Assembly: GCA_045863335.1 (NCBI GenBank)
Contig: BTVY01000064.1
Location: forward strand, 1-29,378
DNA from: Candidatus Hydrogenedentota bacterium
GTDB lineage: Bacteria; Hydrogenedentota; Hydrogenedentia; Hydrogenedentales; SLHB01
DNA length: 29,378 bases
Direction: 5' to 3'
Part shown: positions 1-8,067 of the stretch, in pieces
How the letters are laid out: the number at the start of each line of letters is the position of its first letter
Numbering within the stretch: the first letter of the stretch is position 1
The notes under the pieces: generated by a model
Seen by the model: only the letters and a program-made list of their open reading frames with translations
Told to the model about the DNA's origin: nothing
Databases searched by the model: none
Position numbers and translations under genes: made by a program

Positions 1-70
1 CTACACGGACCTACACGGACCTACACGGACCTACACGGACCTACACGGACCTACATGGACCTACATGGAC
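1..70 (+). repeat. 10-bp tandem repeat (CTACACGGAC)x5 + (CTACATGGAC)x2, truncated by the window start
   Basis: Read directly. Perfect repeat runs 1-55 and the first variant base (T) is at 56. No spacers. Confidence 0.98.
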
Positions 71-115
71 GCACGCAGAGGTGCTATCTGATTTCACCTG
101 AAGCAGGTTCCATGG

Positions 116-144
116 TTGCGCGCGACCGGGCCAACCTTCATAAT
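116..144 (+). promoter_or_regulatory. Candidate sigma70-type promoter for the 177..2444 gene
   Basis: TTGCGC (116-121), 17-nt spacer, CATAAT (139-144). SD GGAGG at 166-170 precedes ATG 177. Confidence 0.45.
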
Positions 145-176
145 GCCTTTTTTCCCGGGACGAATGGAGGTTTCCG

Positions 177-2444
177 ATGAGTTTCCTTGCCCTTGCTATG
201 GTTGTGTTAAGTGCGGGTCCCACCGTTTCAATCGATCCGGCGCCGTATACGGAGTTGTACGCGCAGGAAGAGGTCGCGTTCTTTGATACCGAAGACGGGT
301 TGCCGAGTATCGATGTTCCGGCAATTGCGTTGTTGTCCGATGGAACGCCGGTTGCCTTGACGGCACAGGGATACGCACGCTTCGATGGAACGACGTGGCA
401 ATCGCAATGGCTGGATCAGGCGGGCGGCCTTTCGTTAATCGCGGCATCAGATGATGGGTCTCACTTCTGGGTTGCCGGCGGCGATCGGGTGATTCAGATC
501 GGCGAGACGACGGTAACTGTGCGCATCCCGCGCGGGACGGTGACGGCGCTGGCATCTGCTGGCGACAGCGTGTTTGCCGGCACGACGGACGGCATTTGGC
601 TGATCGATAACGGCAAGCGAAGCCGGATACTGCGGGCGGACTACACGGTAATGTCGCTGGCGAAGGTCGATCAGAAGCTCTATTGGGGAACCGATCGGGA
701 GTTGCTCCACGTCGGCCTGACGGGGTGGCGCGGGAAGCCCTCTCCCCTCTTTCCGCAGGACAAGAACTTGAGTTGGGCGCCCACGGATGTGTCCGCGCTC
801 GCGGCGGGTGACGGCGCGCTCTGGCTGGCGGCGCGCGAAGGCGCGGGACGCTTTCAGAACAACCAGTGGTCCCTGTTCACCGGCGCCGAGGGTCTCCCCT
901 ACGCCGATTTCACGTGCGCGGACACGGGCGAACCCGGCGTGGTGTGGTTCGGAACGGAACGCGGCGCCATCCGGTACGACGGGGAACACTGGTTCTATCG
1001 TACGGGCAAGCGGTGGCTCCCGGACGACCACGTGAACGGCCTCGCCGTTGCAGGCGACGGCACTGCGTGGATCGCGACGCCGGCGGGTATCAGCCGCATC
1101 ACGCGCGCCCAACGCACGCTCGCGGAGAAAGCCGATGAATTCGAGCGGATCATCGACGAGCGGCACCATCGGCTCGACAAGTTCGTGTTGCGCTGCTATT
1201 TCGACGAACCCGGCGCGCTCGACACGGCCTGGCAACGGGCGACGGACAACGACGGGCTGTACACGTCCATGTACGGCGCTTCCCAGTGCTATCGCTATGC
1301 GGTGACCAAAGACCCGGCAGTCAAGGAGCGTGCGAAGGGGATCTTTGATGCCGTCAAGTTGCTCTTCGATGTAACCGGCATACCCGGGTTCCCGGCGCGC
1401 GCGGTCATACCCGTGGAAGGCAACGAAGATCCGAATACTGGCTTCGGCGAAGCGCAGAATCTCGCGATGCAGAAGGAAGACCCGCTCTGGAAAAACATTG
1501 TGCCGCGCTGGCCGCTGAGCGAGGATGGGAAATACTGGTGGAAATGCGATACGAGCAGCGACGAGACCTGCGGGCATTTCTTCTTCCTGGCGGTGTACTA
1601 CGATCTCGTGTGCGAAACGGAGGCGGAACGGCAGGAAGTGCGCGAGCTGGTTCACGAGTTCGCGAGCCACATCGTGGATCATGGGTTCACGTTGACCGAC
1701 CACGACGGCAAACCCACGCGCTGGGCGAACTGGTCGCCGGCGTATGTGAACGGCAAGGACGGCTGGGCGGATCGGGGCATTCAGTCCATCGAGATCCTTT
1801 CGTACATGAACGTGGCCCTGCACATCACCGGCGATCAGAAGTTCGCGAAAGCGGCGAAATACCTGCGCGACGAGCACGATTACCACGCGAATGCGATCAA
1901 AGGACGCAGCGCATGGCCGCCCGCGGCGGTCGTGCCCTGGGATCCGAATCTGGCGTTTCTCAGCTACTACGGCCTCATCGAGTACGAGCAGGATGCCGAA
2001 TTGAAACAGTTGTACAAGCTTTCACTGGACAACAACTGGTTGTTCCTCGCGCGGCAGAACGATCCGTTCTTCAACACCGTGTGGCTGGCCCTGCACCCCG
2101 AGGATGGGCTGGACACGACGCCCGAGGAGGCGGAAGCCGAACGGCAGCGCGCGTTGGATCGCATGGCGACGACGCTCGCGCGCACGCCGCAATTGCTCAT
2201 CGACTGGCGCATGGAAAACGCCCATCGCAGCGACGTGCATCTCGACCCGACCTTGCGCCAACGCGACAACTACGGCTGGCTCGAGCTTTCCGGCGACGCA
2301 GTGCCCATCGAGGAGCGGTCGCACATCCGCATCAACTCGGATCACTTCGATCTCAACTGGGGCGGCGAAGGTAAGTGCGAATACGAAGGAACGTACTATT
2401 TGCTTCCCTACTACATGGCGCGGCACTACGGATTGCTGAAGTAG
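177..2444 (+). CDS. Secreted protein: N-terminal beta-propeller (two-component-regulator-propeller-like blades) + C-terminal helical, probably catalytic domain (uncharacterised, glycosidase-like)
   Basis: 755 aa with SD GGAGG and a hydrophobic N-terminus (MSFLALAMVVLSA). Blade motifs GLP..., VWFGTERG, WLPDDHVN..AWIATPAG. C-terminal motifs TDNDGLYTS, GFPAR, WKCDTSSDE, DHDGKPTRW, EGTYYLLPYYM are shared with the paralog at 23904..26243. Confidence 0.8.
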   Translation: MSFLALAMVVLSAGPTVSIDPAPYTELYAQEEVAFFDTEDGLPSIDVPAIALLSDGTPVALTAQGYARFDGTTWQSQWLDQAGGLSLIAASDDGSHFWVAGGDRVIQIGETTVTVRIPRGTVTALASAGDSVFAGTTDGIWLIDNGKRSRILRADYTVMSLAKVDQKLYWGTDRELLHVGLTGWRGKPSPLFPQDKNLSWAPTDVSALAAGDGALWLAAREGAGRFQNNQWSLFTGAEGLPYADFTCADTGEPGVVWFGTERGAIRYDGEHWFYRTGKRWLPDDHVNGLAVAGDGTAWIATPAGISRITRAQRTLAEKADEFERIIDERHHRLDKFVLRCYFDEPGALDTAWQRATDNDGLYTSMYGASQCYRYAVTKDPAVKERAKGIFDAVKLLFDVTGIPGFPARAVIPVEGNEDPNTGFGEAQNLAMQKEDPLWKNIVPRWPLSEDGKYWWKCDTSSDETCGHFFFLAVYYDLVCETEAERQEVRELVHEFASHIVDHGFTLTDHDGKPTRWANWSPAYVNGKDGWADRGIQSIEILSYMNVALHITGDQKFAKAAKYLRDEHDYHANAIKGRSAWPPAAVVPWDPNLAFLSYYGLIEYEQDAELKQLYKLSLDNNWLFLARQNDPFFNTVWLALHPEDGLDTTPEEAEAERQRALDRMATTLARTPQLLIDWRMENAHRSDVHLDPTLRQRDNYGWLELSGDAVPIEERSHIRINSDHFDLNWGGEGKCEYEGTYYLLPYYMARHYGLLK

Positions 2445-2446
2445 CT

Positions 2447-2491
2447 CGTCTGGACTGTCTGGACTGTCTGGACTGTATGGACGATATGGAC
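2447..2491 (+). repeat. Degenerate 9-bp tandem repeat (NNTNTGGAC)x5 filling the gap between two convergent stop codons
   Basis: CGTCTGGAC TGTCTGGAC TGTCTGGAC TGTATGGAC GATATGGAC, between TAG (2442-2444) and minus-strand TAA (2495-2497). Confidence 0.93.
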
Positions 2492-2494
2492 GCG

Positions 2495-2968
2495 TTAGCT
2501 GATGGAGTTTAACCTTTTCGTCATCAGATAGCGATCATGGTCGTCGAAACCGTGGAGCCGATAGAACTCGATGACTCGGGTTTTGTCGCGCTCGACCTCC
2601 AGGTGAACGGCCTGGACTCCATGATCCTTGCAGACGGCGATGGCGCGCTGAAGCAAGTTTTCGCCAATCCCGCGGCCGCGCAAGGCGGAGTCCACGAAAA
2701 CTTCATCAATGAAGGCGTCGCGGCCGCCGTACTCGAAGGAGAAGCCGAAGGTCACGGCGACGTATCCGGCGATCGAATCGTCTACGACGGCAACGAGCAA
2801 CACTCCATAGGCGGGATTCTCGAGAAACTCCGCGAGAGCGCGGCGCGCGCCGGTTTCCGAGAAGGGGTAGTTGTCCTCCGCGTAGTAGCTACGCATGAGT
2901 TTCAGTAGCGCCGGGATGTCCTCGTTGCGTGCCTCCCGGTACGCGCCGAAGGGGTTTGACGGAGTCAT
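2495..2968 (-). CDS. GNAT-family N-acetyltransferase
   Basis: 157 aa from ATG 2968 (SD GAGGT). Acetyl-CoA motif A (FIDEVFVDSALRGRGIG) and motif B (FYRLHGF). The ORF-track start at 3103 is probably over-extended. Confidence 0.9.
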   Translation of the reverse strand: MTPSNPFGAYREARNEDIPALLKLMRSYYAEDNYPFSETGARRALAEFLENPAYGVLLVAVVDDSIAGYVAVTFGFSFEYGGRDAFIDEVFVDSALRGRGIGENLLQRAIAVCKDHGVQAVHLEVERDKTRVIEFYRLHGFDDHDRYLMTKRLNSIS

Positions 2969-3109
2969 CGATCTACCTCGCAAGCGGCCGCAGTAAGTCC
3001 GCGGACTGAGTCCGGTTGCGCAAGTATGGCCGTTGGCCGACTCGAGCGCAAGGCGAGCGGCAGGGGCCGGCTCGACGTGGGGATTCGCCATCACCCGTGC
3101 CAATTTTGC

Positions 3110-3138
3110 TTGCGCATTTCGCCCTTCCGCTGCATACT
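3110..3138 (+). promoter_or_regulatory. Candidate sigma70-type promoter for the histidine kinase
   Basis: TTGCGC (3110-3115), 17 nt, CATACT (3133-3138). Same -35 hexamer and spacing as the candidate at 116-144. Confidence 0.4.
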
Positions 3139-3156
3139 GGACCGGGGGATAACGAA

Positions 3157-4581
3157 ATGGCCACGAGCGACATGCGGGCTTCGCGTCAGGCCGATCCGCG
3201 CGGCGTCGCGGATGGCGACGATGGCTGGGTCGTGCTGTTTCACGATCGCCTTCTCGGCACGCGACTCTATATTCACTCGCTGGCCCGGTTTCTCATCGTT
3301 GTCACCATTGTCACGGGCACCCTGTTCGCTCGTTACATTGTGGGTATTGCCGATTTGCCCGTGCCACCGTTTGTTCTTCTTGCCGTTCTCCTCGGACTGT
3401 ACAATGTGCCGGTCTTCGTCGTTGCCCACAGACACCACGACCAGGAGGATGGGCCGCCGCCGCATCGTCTCCTGGCCAGATTAATGCACACGACGATCTT
3501 TGTGGATTTCCTTTTCCTGACGGCACTACTTTGGCTGGTGGGGGGCGCGAACTCGCCCTTCAAGGCGTTCTACTTGATTCACGTCATCCTGGCTTCGCTC
3601 TTGCTGTCGCCTCGCGCCGCCTGCGTCCATGCGCTTCTTGGGTATGCCATGTTCACCTTGCTTGTTGCGGGTCAGTGGTTCGAATGGATTCCCCACCATG
3701 CGCCGGTGGGCGCTGTGAACAGTGACGATCCACTGGATGGACGGTACGTCATCACGGTGCTCGTGGTCCAGGGGACCATCATGGCGTTCGCCACGTTTCT
3801 CATCAGCGGCTTGACGCGCATGCTTCGCGCGGGCGAGGCGCGGCTGGGCAGCGCGAACGCGGAACTAACGCGCTTGTCGAAAATGCGGCGCGCGTTCTTG
3901 CACGTGACGCTGCACGATCTCAAATCGCCCGCCGATGCCATGACGATGCTGCTGAACAACCTGACCTCGGGTGTGGGCGGCGAACTCACGGACCAACAAC
4001 GGCACTGGGTGCAGCGGTGCCAGCTGCGGCTCGCGGAGTTGTCCACATTTCTGCGGGACTTTCAGACGCTCGCGGCCCTGGATTCGGATGCGATCGGCAA
4101 TCACGCGGGGCGAATCGAGGTCGCGCCCATGCTAAGCCGGATCGTGGAGGAGAACGACGACCTCATCCGGAGATGCATGCACGAAGTCACGTTGGAGGCA
4201 CAGCGCGGTCTCGCGGTCCGGGGCATCGAACGGCTTGTTCACGAGGCTGTCGCCAATCTTGTTACGAACGCGATCAAGTACACGCCTATCGGCGGCGTCA
4301 TCAAGATTCGTGCGCGGGGCCATGACGATGTTGTGCAAATCGAGGTCGAAGACAATGGCATCGGGATTGCCCCCGAGGATCAGCATAAGCTATTCCAGGA
4401 ATTTGTGCGGCTGAAGCCCCGGCACGATCAGACGGGCGACGTGCCGGGAAGCGGACTGGGGCTTTCCATTGTACAACGCATCGTGGAGATGCACCATGGC
4501 CGGGTGCGGGTGAAAAGCGAACCGAACCATGGCAGCACGTTTACGATCGAGCTACCGGCCGCGCCGCCTGAGACCGCATAA
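3157..4581 (+). CDS. Membrane-bound sensor histidine kinase (multi-TM input, HisKA + HATPase_c); no response regulator in the window
   Basis: 474 aa from ATG 3157 (SD GGGGGA). About 6 hydrophobic segments; H-box HDLKSP, N-box NLVTNAIKY, G1 DNGIGI, F-box LFQEF, G2 GSGLGL. Confidence 0.93.
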   Translation: MATSDMRASRQADPRGVADGDDGWVVLFHDRLLGTRLYIHSLARFLIVVTIVTGTLFARYIVGIADLPVPPFVLLAVLLGLYNVPVFVVAHRHHDQEDGPPPHRLLARLMHTTIFVDFLFLTALLWLVGGANSPFKAFYLIHVILASLLLSPRAACVHALLGYAMFTLLVAGQWFEWIPHHAPVGAVNSDDPLDGRYVITVLVVQGTIMAFATFLISGLTRMLRAGEARLGSANAELTRLSKMRRAFLHVTLHDLKSPADAMTMLLNNLTSGVGGELTDQQRHWVQRCQLRLAELSTFLRDFQTLAALDSDAIGNHAGRIEVAPMLSRIVEENDDLIRRCMHEVTLEAQRGLAVRGIERLVHEAVANLVTNAIKYTPIGGVIKIRARGHDDVVQIEVEDNGIGIAPEDQHKLFQEFVRLKPRHDQTGDVPGSGLGLSIVQRIVEMHHGRVRVKSEPNHGSTFTIELPAAPPETA

Positions 4582-4679
4582 ACCCGGAACGCAAGTGGCT
4601 GGTTTGCTCCGCTCGACCCTCTTTCTCTATGCTATCGGGCTCAGTAGAACCGCGTTTTCTTCATTATTCGGAGGGTACC

Positions 4680-7463
4680 ATGTCCAAGCGAAAGACGATC
4701 CATGTTGTGTCCAATTCCCACTGGGACCGGGAGTGGGGTTATCCCTTTGAGGAGACGCGGCTGCTGCTCCTGGATTTCATGGACAATCTATTGGAGCTGC
4801 TGGACACGGACCCGGAGTTTCACTCCTTCACGATGGACTCGCAGACGCTCTGCGTGGAGGACTACCTGGAGCTGCGCCCCGAGAAACGCGAGACCATCGA
4901 GAAGCATGTGAAGTCGGGCCGGCTCATCGTGGGACCCTGGTACTCGCTGCCGGAAGAGTACTGCGTGAACGGCGAGTCACTGGTGCGCAACCTGGTCGTG
5001 GGTCACCGCGTGGCGGAGAGCTACGGCGAGGTGTCGAAGGTAGGTTATACGCCGTTCAGCTATGGGCAGACCTCGCAGATGCCTCAGATGTATGCGGGCT
5101 TCGACATCGACACGATCATCTTCTACCGCGGCATCAACACACCCCACAGCGAGTTTCTCTGGGAAGGGGCCGATGGGACGCGGTTGCTCGGCATGCGCTT
5201 CGGTTGCATGAGCCGGTTCAGCTATTACATCTATGTCTACCGCATGCTCCGGTATGGGTCGAGCGATGTCTTCGCCCGGTACGACTGGGATCGCGGCGCA
5301 GCGCCGTTCCGCCTGGCCCGGGACACGAATCCGCGCGGGCACTACTATGTGCTCGACAAGGACAAGAAGCAGTGGCACGATGAACCCATCCGGGAACAGT
5401 TGCTCAAACTGGTGAAGGACGAGTCGGAGCATTTCACGACGAGCCACATCTGCTGCATGCAAGGGTTTGACACGTCGGATCCCGACCCGCGCGAGTCGGA
5501 GATCATGAAGCTGTGTCAGGATCTGTTACCCGAGCACACGATTAAGTTTTCCAATCTCGACGAATACATGAAGGCCATGAAGAAGGAGGTCAAAGACCTC
5601 ACCGTGCTCAAGGGGGAGAGCCGCGATCCGGGTTCGACCGGCAAGTGGACGCATCTCTTCGGCGACGTGATCAGCGCGCGCACGCGGTTGAAGCGCGCGA
5701 ACCATCGCGCGGAGGTCAACCTGCAACGGCTGGCCGAACCGTGGAGCGCGATTGGGTCGATGGTGGGCGGAGAGTACGTGAAGACGGCGCTGGACCGCGC
5801 GTGGAAACTGCTCTTGCAGAATCACCCCCACGACACGATCACGGGCGGCGGCATCGATCAGATGGAGAAGGATTCGCTGTTCCGCTTTGACCAGATCGAT
5901 ATTATTTGCGAAGGGCTCGCGCGGCGCGGCATGCAGGCGGTGCAGACCGCCGTGGACAACTCGGACGTGGCGCCGCAGGAATCCGTGTTGACCGTGTTCA
6001 ACCCCTGCCCCTTCCCGCGGAGCGGGGTCATCTCGGCGCTGGTCGATATGCCGGCCAACATGGGATACGAGGCCTTCGAGATTGCGACACCGGACGGCAA
6101 GGAGACGCAGCGGGTGCAGGTGAACAGCCAGTATCCGTGGGCGTCGCTTATTCGCAACCTGCAGGACATCTCCATCGAGCTGAATTCCGAACGCGTGCGG
6201 TGCCACATCGAAGTCGACGACATCCCCGCATACGGGTACAAAACCTACCACATCAAGCGCGCGGAGAAGTTCGCGTACATCCCGGGTTCGCTGGCGCCGG
6301 AAGCGTACGTGATGGAGAACGAGCACCTGCGGGTGACGTTCAGTGCGGACGGCACGCTCAACCTGACGAACAAGGCGAACAAGCACACGTTCAAGGGCCT
6401 CCACTACATTGAGGATACCGGGGAGACGGGCCATTCGTGGGTGCACATGGAACCGGATCAGAATGAGACGATCACGTCCCACGGGTTCCCGTGCAGTATC
6501 GAGTTGGAAGAGGCGGGCCCGCTGTTCGCGCGGATGCGGGTGGAGTACCGCATGATGATCCCCGTCGGGCTGACGGAAAACCTGAACGACCGGTTCCGCG
6601 AAGAGGCCAGCAATCACACCGCGCGCACGAAAGAGCGCCGGGAGATTGTCGTGACCAGCCGGTTCACCCTGCGCGCGGGCGCGAAACGGCTCGACGTCAC
6701 CACGTCGCTCGACAACCAGTGCCGGAACCACCGCATGCGGGTCGTGTTCCCGACGAACCTCAAGCCGAAGGTCACCAATTCGGAAGCGGCCTACGACGTC
6801 ATCGCGCGCGACATCACGGTGAAGAAGGGCAATGCCTACTACGGCAAACCGAATCCGCAGTATCCCATGTACCGCTTCGTCGATATGAACGACACGAAGA
6901 TGGGCCTGGCGATTCTGAATACGGGCACGCGCGAGTACGAAGCCATGGACACGGACGAAAGGCCGCTGGCGATTACGTTGTTCCGCGGGGTCACCTTCCG
7001 CAATGCGCCGATCTTCGGACGCTGGGAAACGTATCCCGAGATGGAACTGGCGCAATGCCTGGGCCGGCACGAGTGGACCTACAGCATCTATCCTCACACG
7101 GGCGACTGGACGAACGGCGTGTTCGAACAGGCGGAAGATCTCAATCTGCCGCTCGAAGCCGCGCAGGCCGGACCACACGAAGGGACGCTGCCCAAGAGCA
7201 TGAGTTTCGTCGAAGTCCAGGGCGGGAACCTGCAGGTGACGGCGTTGAAGCGGCACGAAGACCGGGACAACACGTTTGTGATTCGCGTCTTTAATCCGAC
7301 AGGCAAGGCCGTAGCCGGGAAACTGAAACTCTACAAGACGATCAAACGCGCGTGGCTGACCAACCTCAACGAAGAACGCCGGGAGGAGCTACAGCCCAAG
7401 GGGGATTCGCTGGCGTTGAGCGTTGGGAAGAAGAAGATCGTCACGGTGGAATTTGAGGTGTAG
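4680..7463 (+). CDS. Glycoside hydrolase family 38 (alpha-mannosidase/MngB-like) protein with an atypical active-site loop
   Basis: 927 aa from ATG 4680 (SD GGAGG). SHWDREW, FTMDSQT, GRLIVGPWY, GESLVRNL and middle-domain QNHPHDTITG are present, as is a typical C-terminal beta region. The nucleophile loop reads GYTPFSYGQ rather than GYxPDxFG. No signal peptide. Confidence 0.88.
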   Translation: MSKRKTIHVVSNSHWDREWGYPFEETRLLLLDFMDNLLELLDTDPEFHSFTMDSQTLCVEDYLELRPEKRETIEKHVKSGRLIVGPWYSLPEEYCVNGESLVRNLVVGHRVAESYGEVSKVGYTPFSYGQTSQMPQMYAGFDIDTIIFYRGINTPHSEFLWEGADGTRLLGMRFGCMSRFSYYIYVYRMLRYGSSDVFARYDWDRGAAPFRLARDTNPRGHYYVLDKDKKQWHDEPIREQLLKLVKDESEHFTTSHICCMQGFDTSDPDPRESEIMKLCQDLLPEHTIKFSNLDEYMKAMKKEVKDLTVLKGESRDPGSTGKWTHLFGDVISARTRLKRANHRAEVNLQRLAEPWSAIGSMVGGEYVKTALDRAWKLLLQNHPHDTITGGGIDQMEKDSLFRFDQIDIICEGLARRGMQAVQTAVDNSDVAPQESVLTVFNPCPFPRSGVISALVDMPANMGYEAFEIATPDGKETQRVQVNSQYPWASLIRNLQDISIELNSERVRCHIEVDDIPAYGYKTYHIKRAEKFAYIPGSLAPEAYVMENEHLRVTFSADGTLNLTNKANKHTFKGLHYIEDTGETGHSWVHMEPDQNETITSHGFPCSIELEEAGPLFARMRVEYRMMIPVGLTENLNDRFREEASNHTARTKERREIVVTSRFTLRAGAKRLDVTTSLDNQCRNHRMRVVFPTNLKPKVTNSEAAYDVIARDITVKKGNAYYGKPNPQYPMYRFVDMNDTKMGLAILNTGTREYEAMDTDERPLAITLFRGVTFRNAPIFGRWETYPEMELAQCLGRHEWTYSIYPHTGDWTNGVFEQAEDLNLPLEAAQAGPHEGTLPKSMSFVEVQGGNLQVTALKRHEDRDNTFVIRVFNPTGKAVAGKLKLYKTIKRAWLTNLNEERREELQPKGDSLALSVGKKKIVTVEFEV

Positions 7464-7470
7464 GAGGAAG

Positions 7471-7563
7471 GCTGGAGACTGGAGGCTGGAGGATTGGAGG
7501 ATTATAGACGGTATGGACAACATGGACCATATGGACAAGAGGGACCGCGGAGACCGATTGGAA
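7471..7563 (+). repeat. Compound degenerate tandem repeats: 7/8-mers (RCTGGAG) followed by 9-mers (NNNATGGAC-like)
   Basis: GCTGGAG ACTGGAG GCTGGAG GATTGGAG G, then ATTATAGAC GGTATGGAC AACATGGAC CATATGGAC AAGAGGGAC CGCGGAGAC CGATTGGAA, starting 7 nt after the GH38 stop. Confidence 0.88.
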
Positions 7564-7663
7564 TTCGTGTATGCCGTTGACATTGGAGTCTTTGACGTCT
7601 CCTACGGTTAAGTTATCGAGGATGCACCTTTCGCTCCCTTTTATCGCCCAGAGTAGAATTAAG

Positions 7664-7682
7664 CGGCGGCGTTAAGCCGCCG
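7664..7682. other. GC-rich hairpin, possibly terminator-like, between the convergent GH38 and HAD genes
   Basis: CGGCGGC-GTTAA-GCCGCCG, a perfect 7-bp stem with only weak U-tracts. Confidence 0.4.
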
Positions 7683-7686
7683 AAGA

Positions 7687-7919
7687 TGGCCTGAAAGGCC
7701 AACATACTCATAGTCACGCCGCAGGCGTGATTGGCCGCAGCGAAGCGAAGGCCTACCCCGGGTTCTCCCGGTTCCTTCCCTGAAAGGGATGAATCGCCGC
7801 GACGGAATTGTGTAACCCTTTCAGGGTAGTGTGAGGAAGGGAGAAACCACGGACCCAGGCTAGGTCCTCACGACGTTCGGACCAAGCCTGGGCTAGAAGT
7901 ATTGTGGCCCTTCAGGCCA
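7687..7919. mobile_element. Non-autonomous REP/MITE-like composite palindromic element (CCTGAAAGG type)
   Basis: Imperfect terminal IRs TGGCCTGAAAGGCCAACATACTCATAG / CTAGAAGTATTGTGGCCCTTCAGGCCA. Inner inverted pair CCCTGAAAGGG / CCCTTTCAGGG. Internal hairpins TCACGCC-GCA-GGCGTGA and CCCAGGCT...AGCCTGGG. No coding capacity. Confidence 0.7.
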
Positions 7920-8067
7920 AGATCGCTGCGCATTCGCTCGCGCGGACTGGGCAAGACCGGGAATCCGTTGGATTCCGACGTGGGCCTCCGCGTCGTTCGC
8001 GAGGCGGAAGACTGTCGGACATTTCCCGCACTCAACTGAATTTCCGGCGCTACGCAATGAGAAGTTG

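Noticed and set aside
1-70. Terminal repeats as a CRISPR array or telomere
   Set aside because: Units are 10 bp, head-to-tail, with no spacers and no cas genes. The two ends are direct rather than inverted, and the exact 55-nt length points to an assembly boundary.
41-223. 60-aa minus-strand ORF
   Set aside because: Overlaps the start and promoter of the real gene and runs into the tandem repeat.
447-1886. Long antisense ORFs (also 5526..7256, 13203..15302, 20249..21412, 20862..22295, 27727..28689)
   Set aside because: Shadow ORFs overlapping well-supported genes (mostly antisense), expected in high-GC DNA, with no recognisable motifs.
7423-7611. 62-aa ORF with MDNMDHMDK periodicity
   Set aside because: The periodic peptide is just the translation of the 9-bp DNA repeats. 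It overlaps the GH38 3' end and has a weak start.
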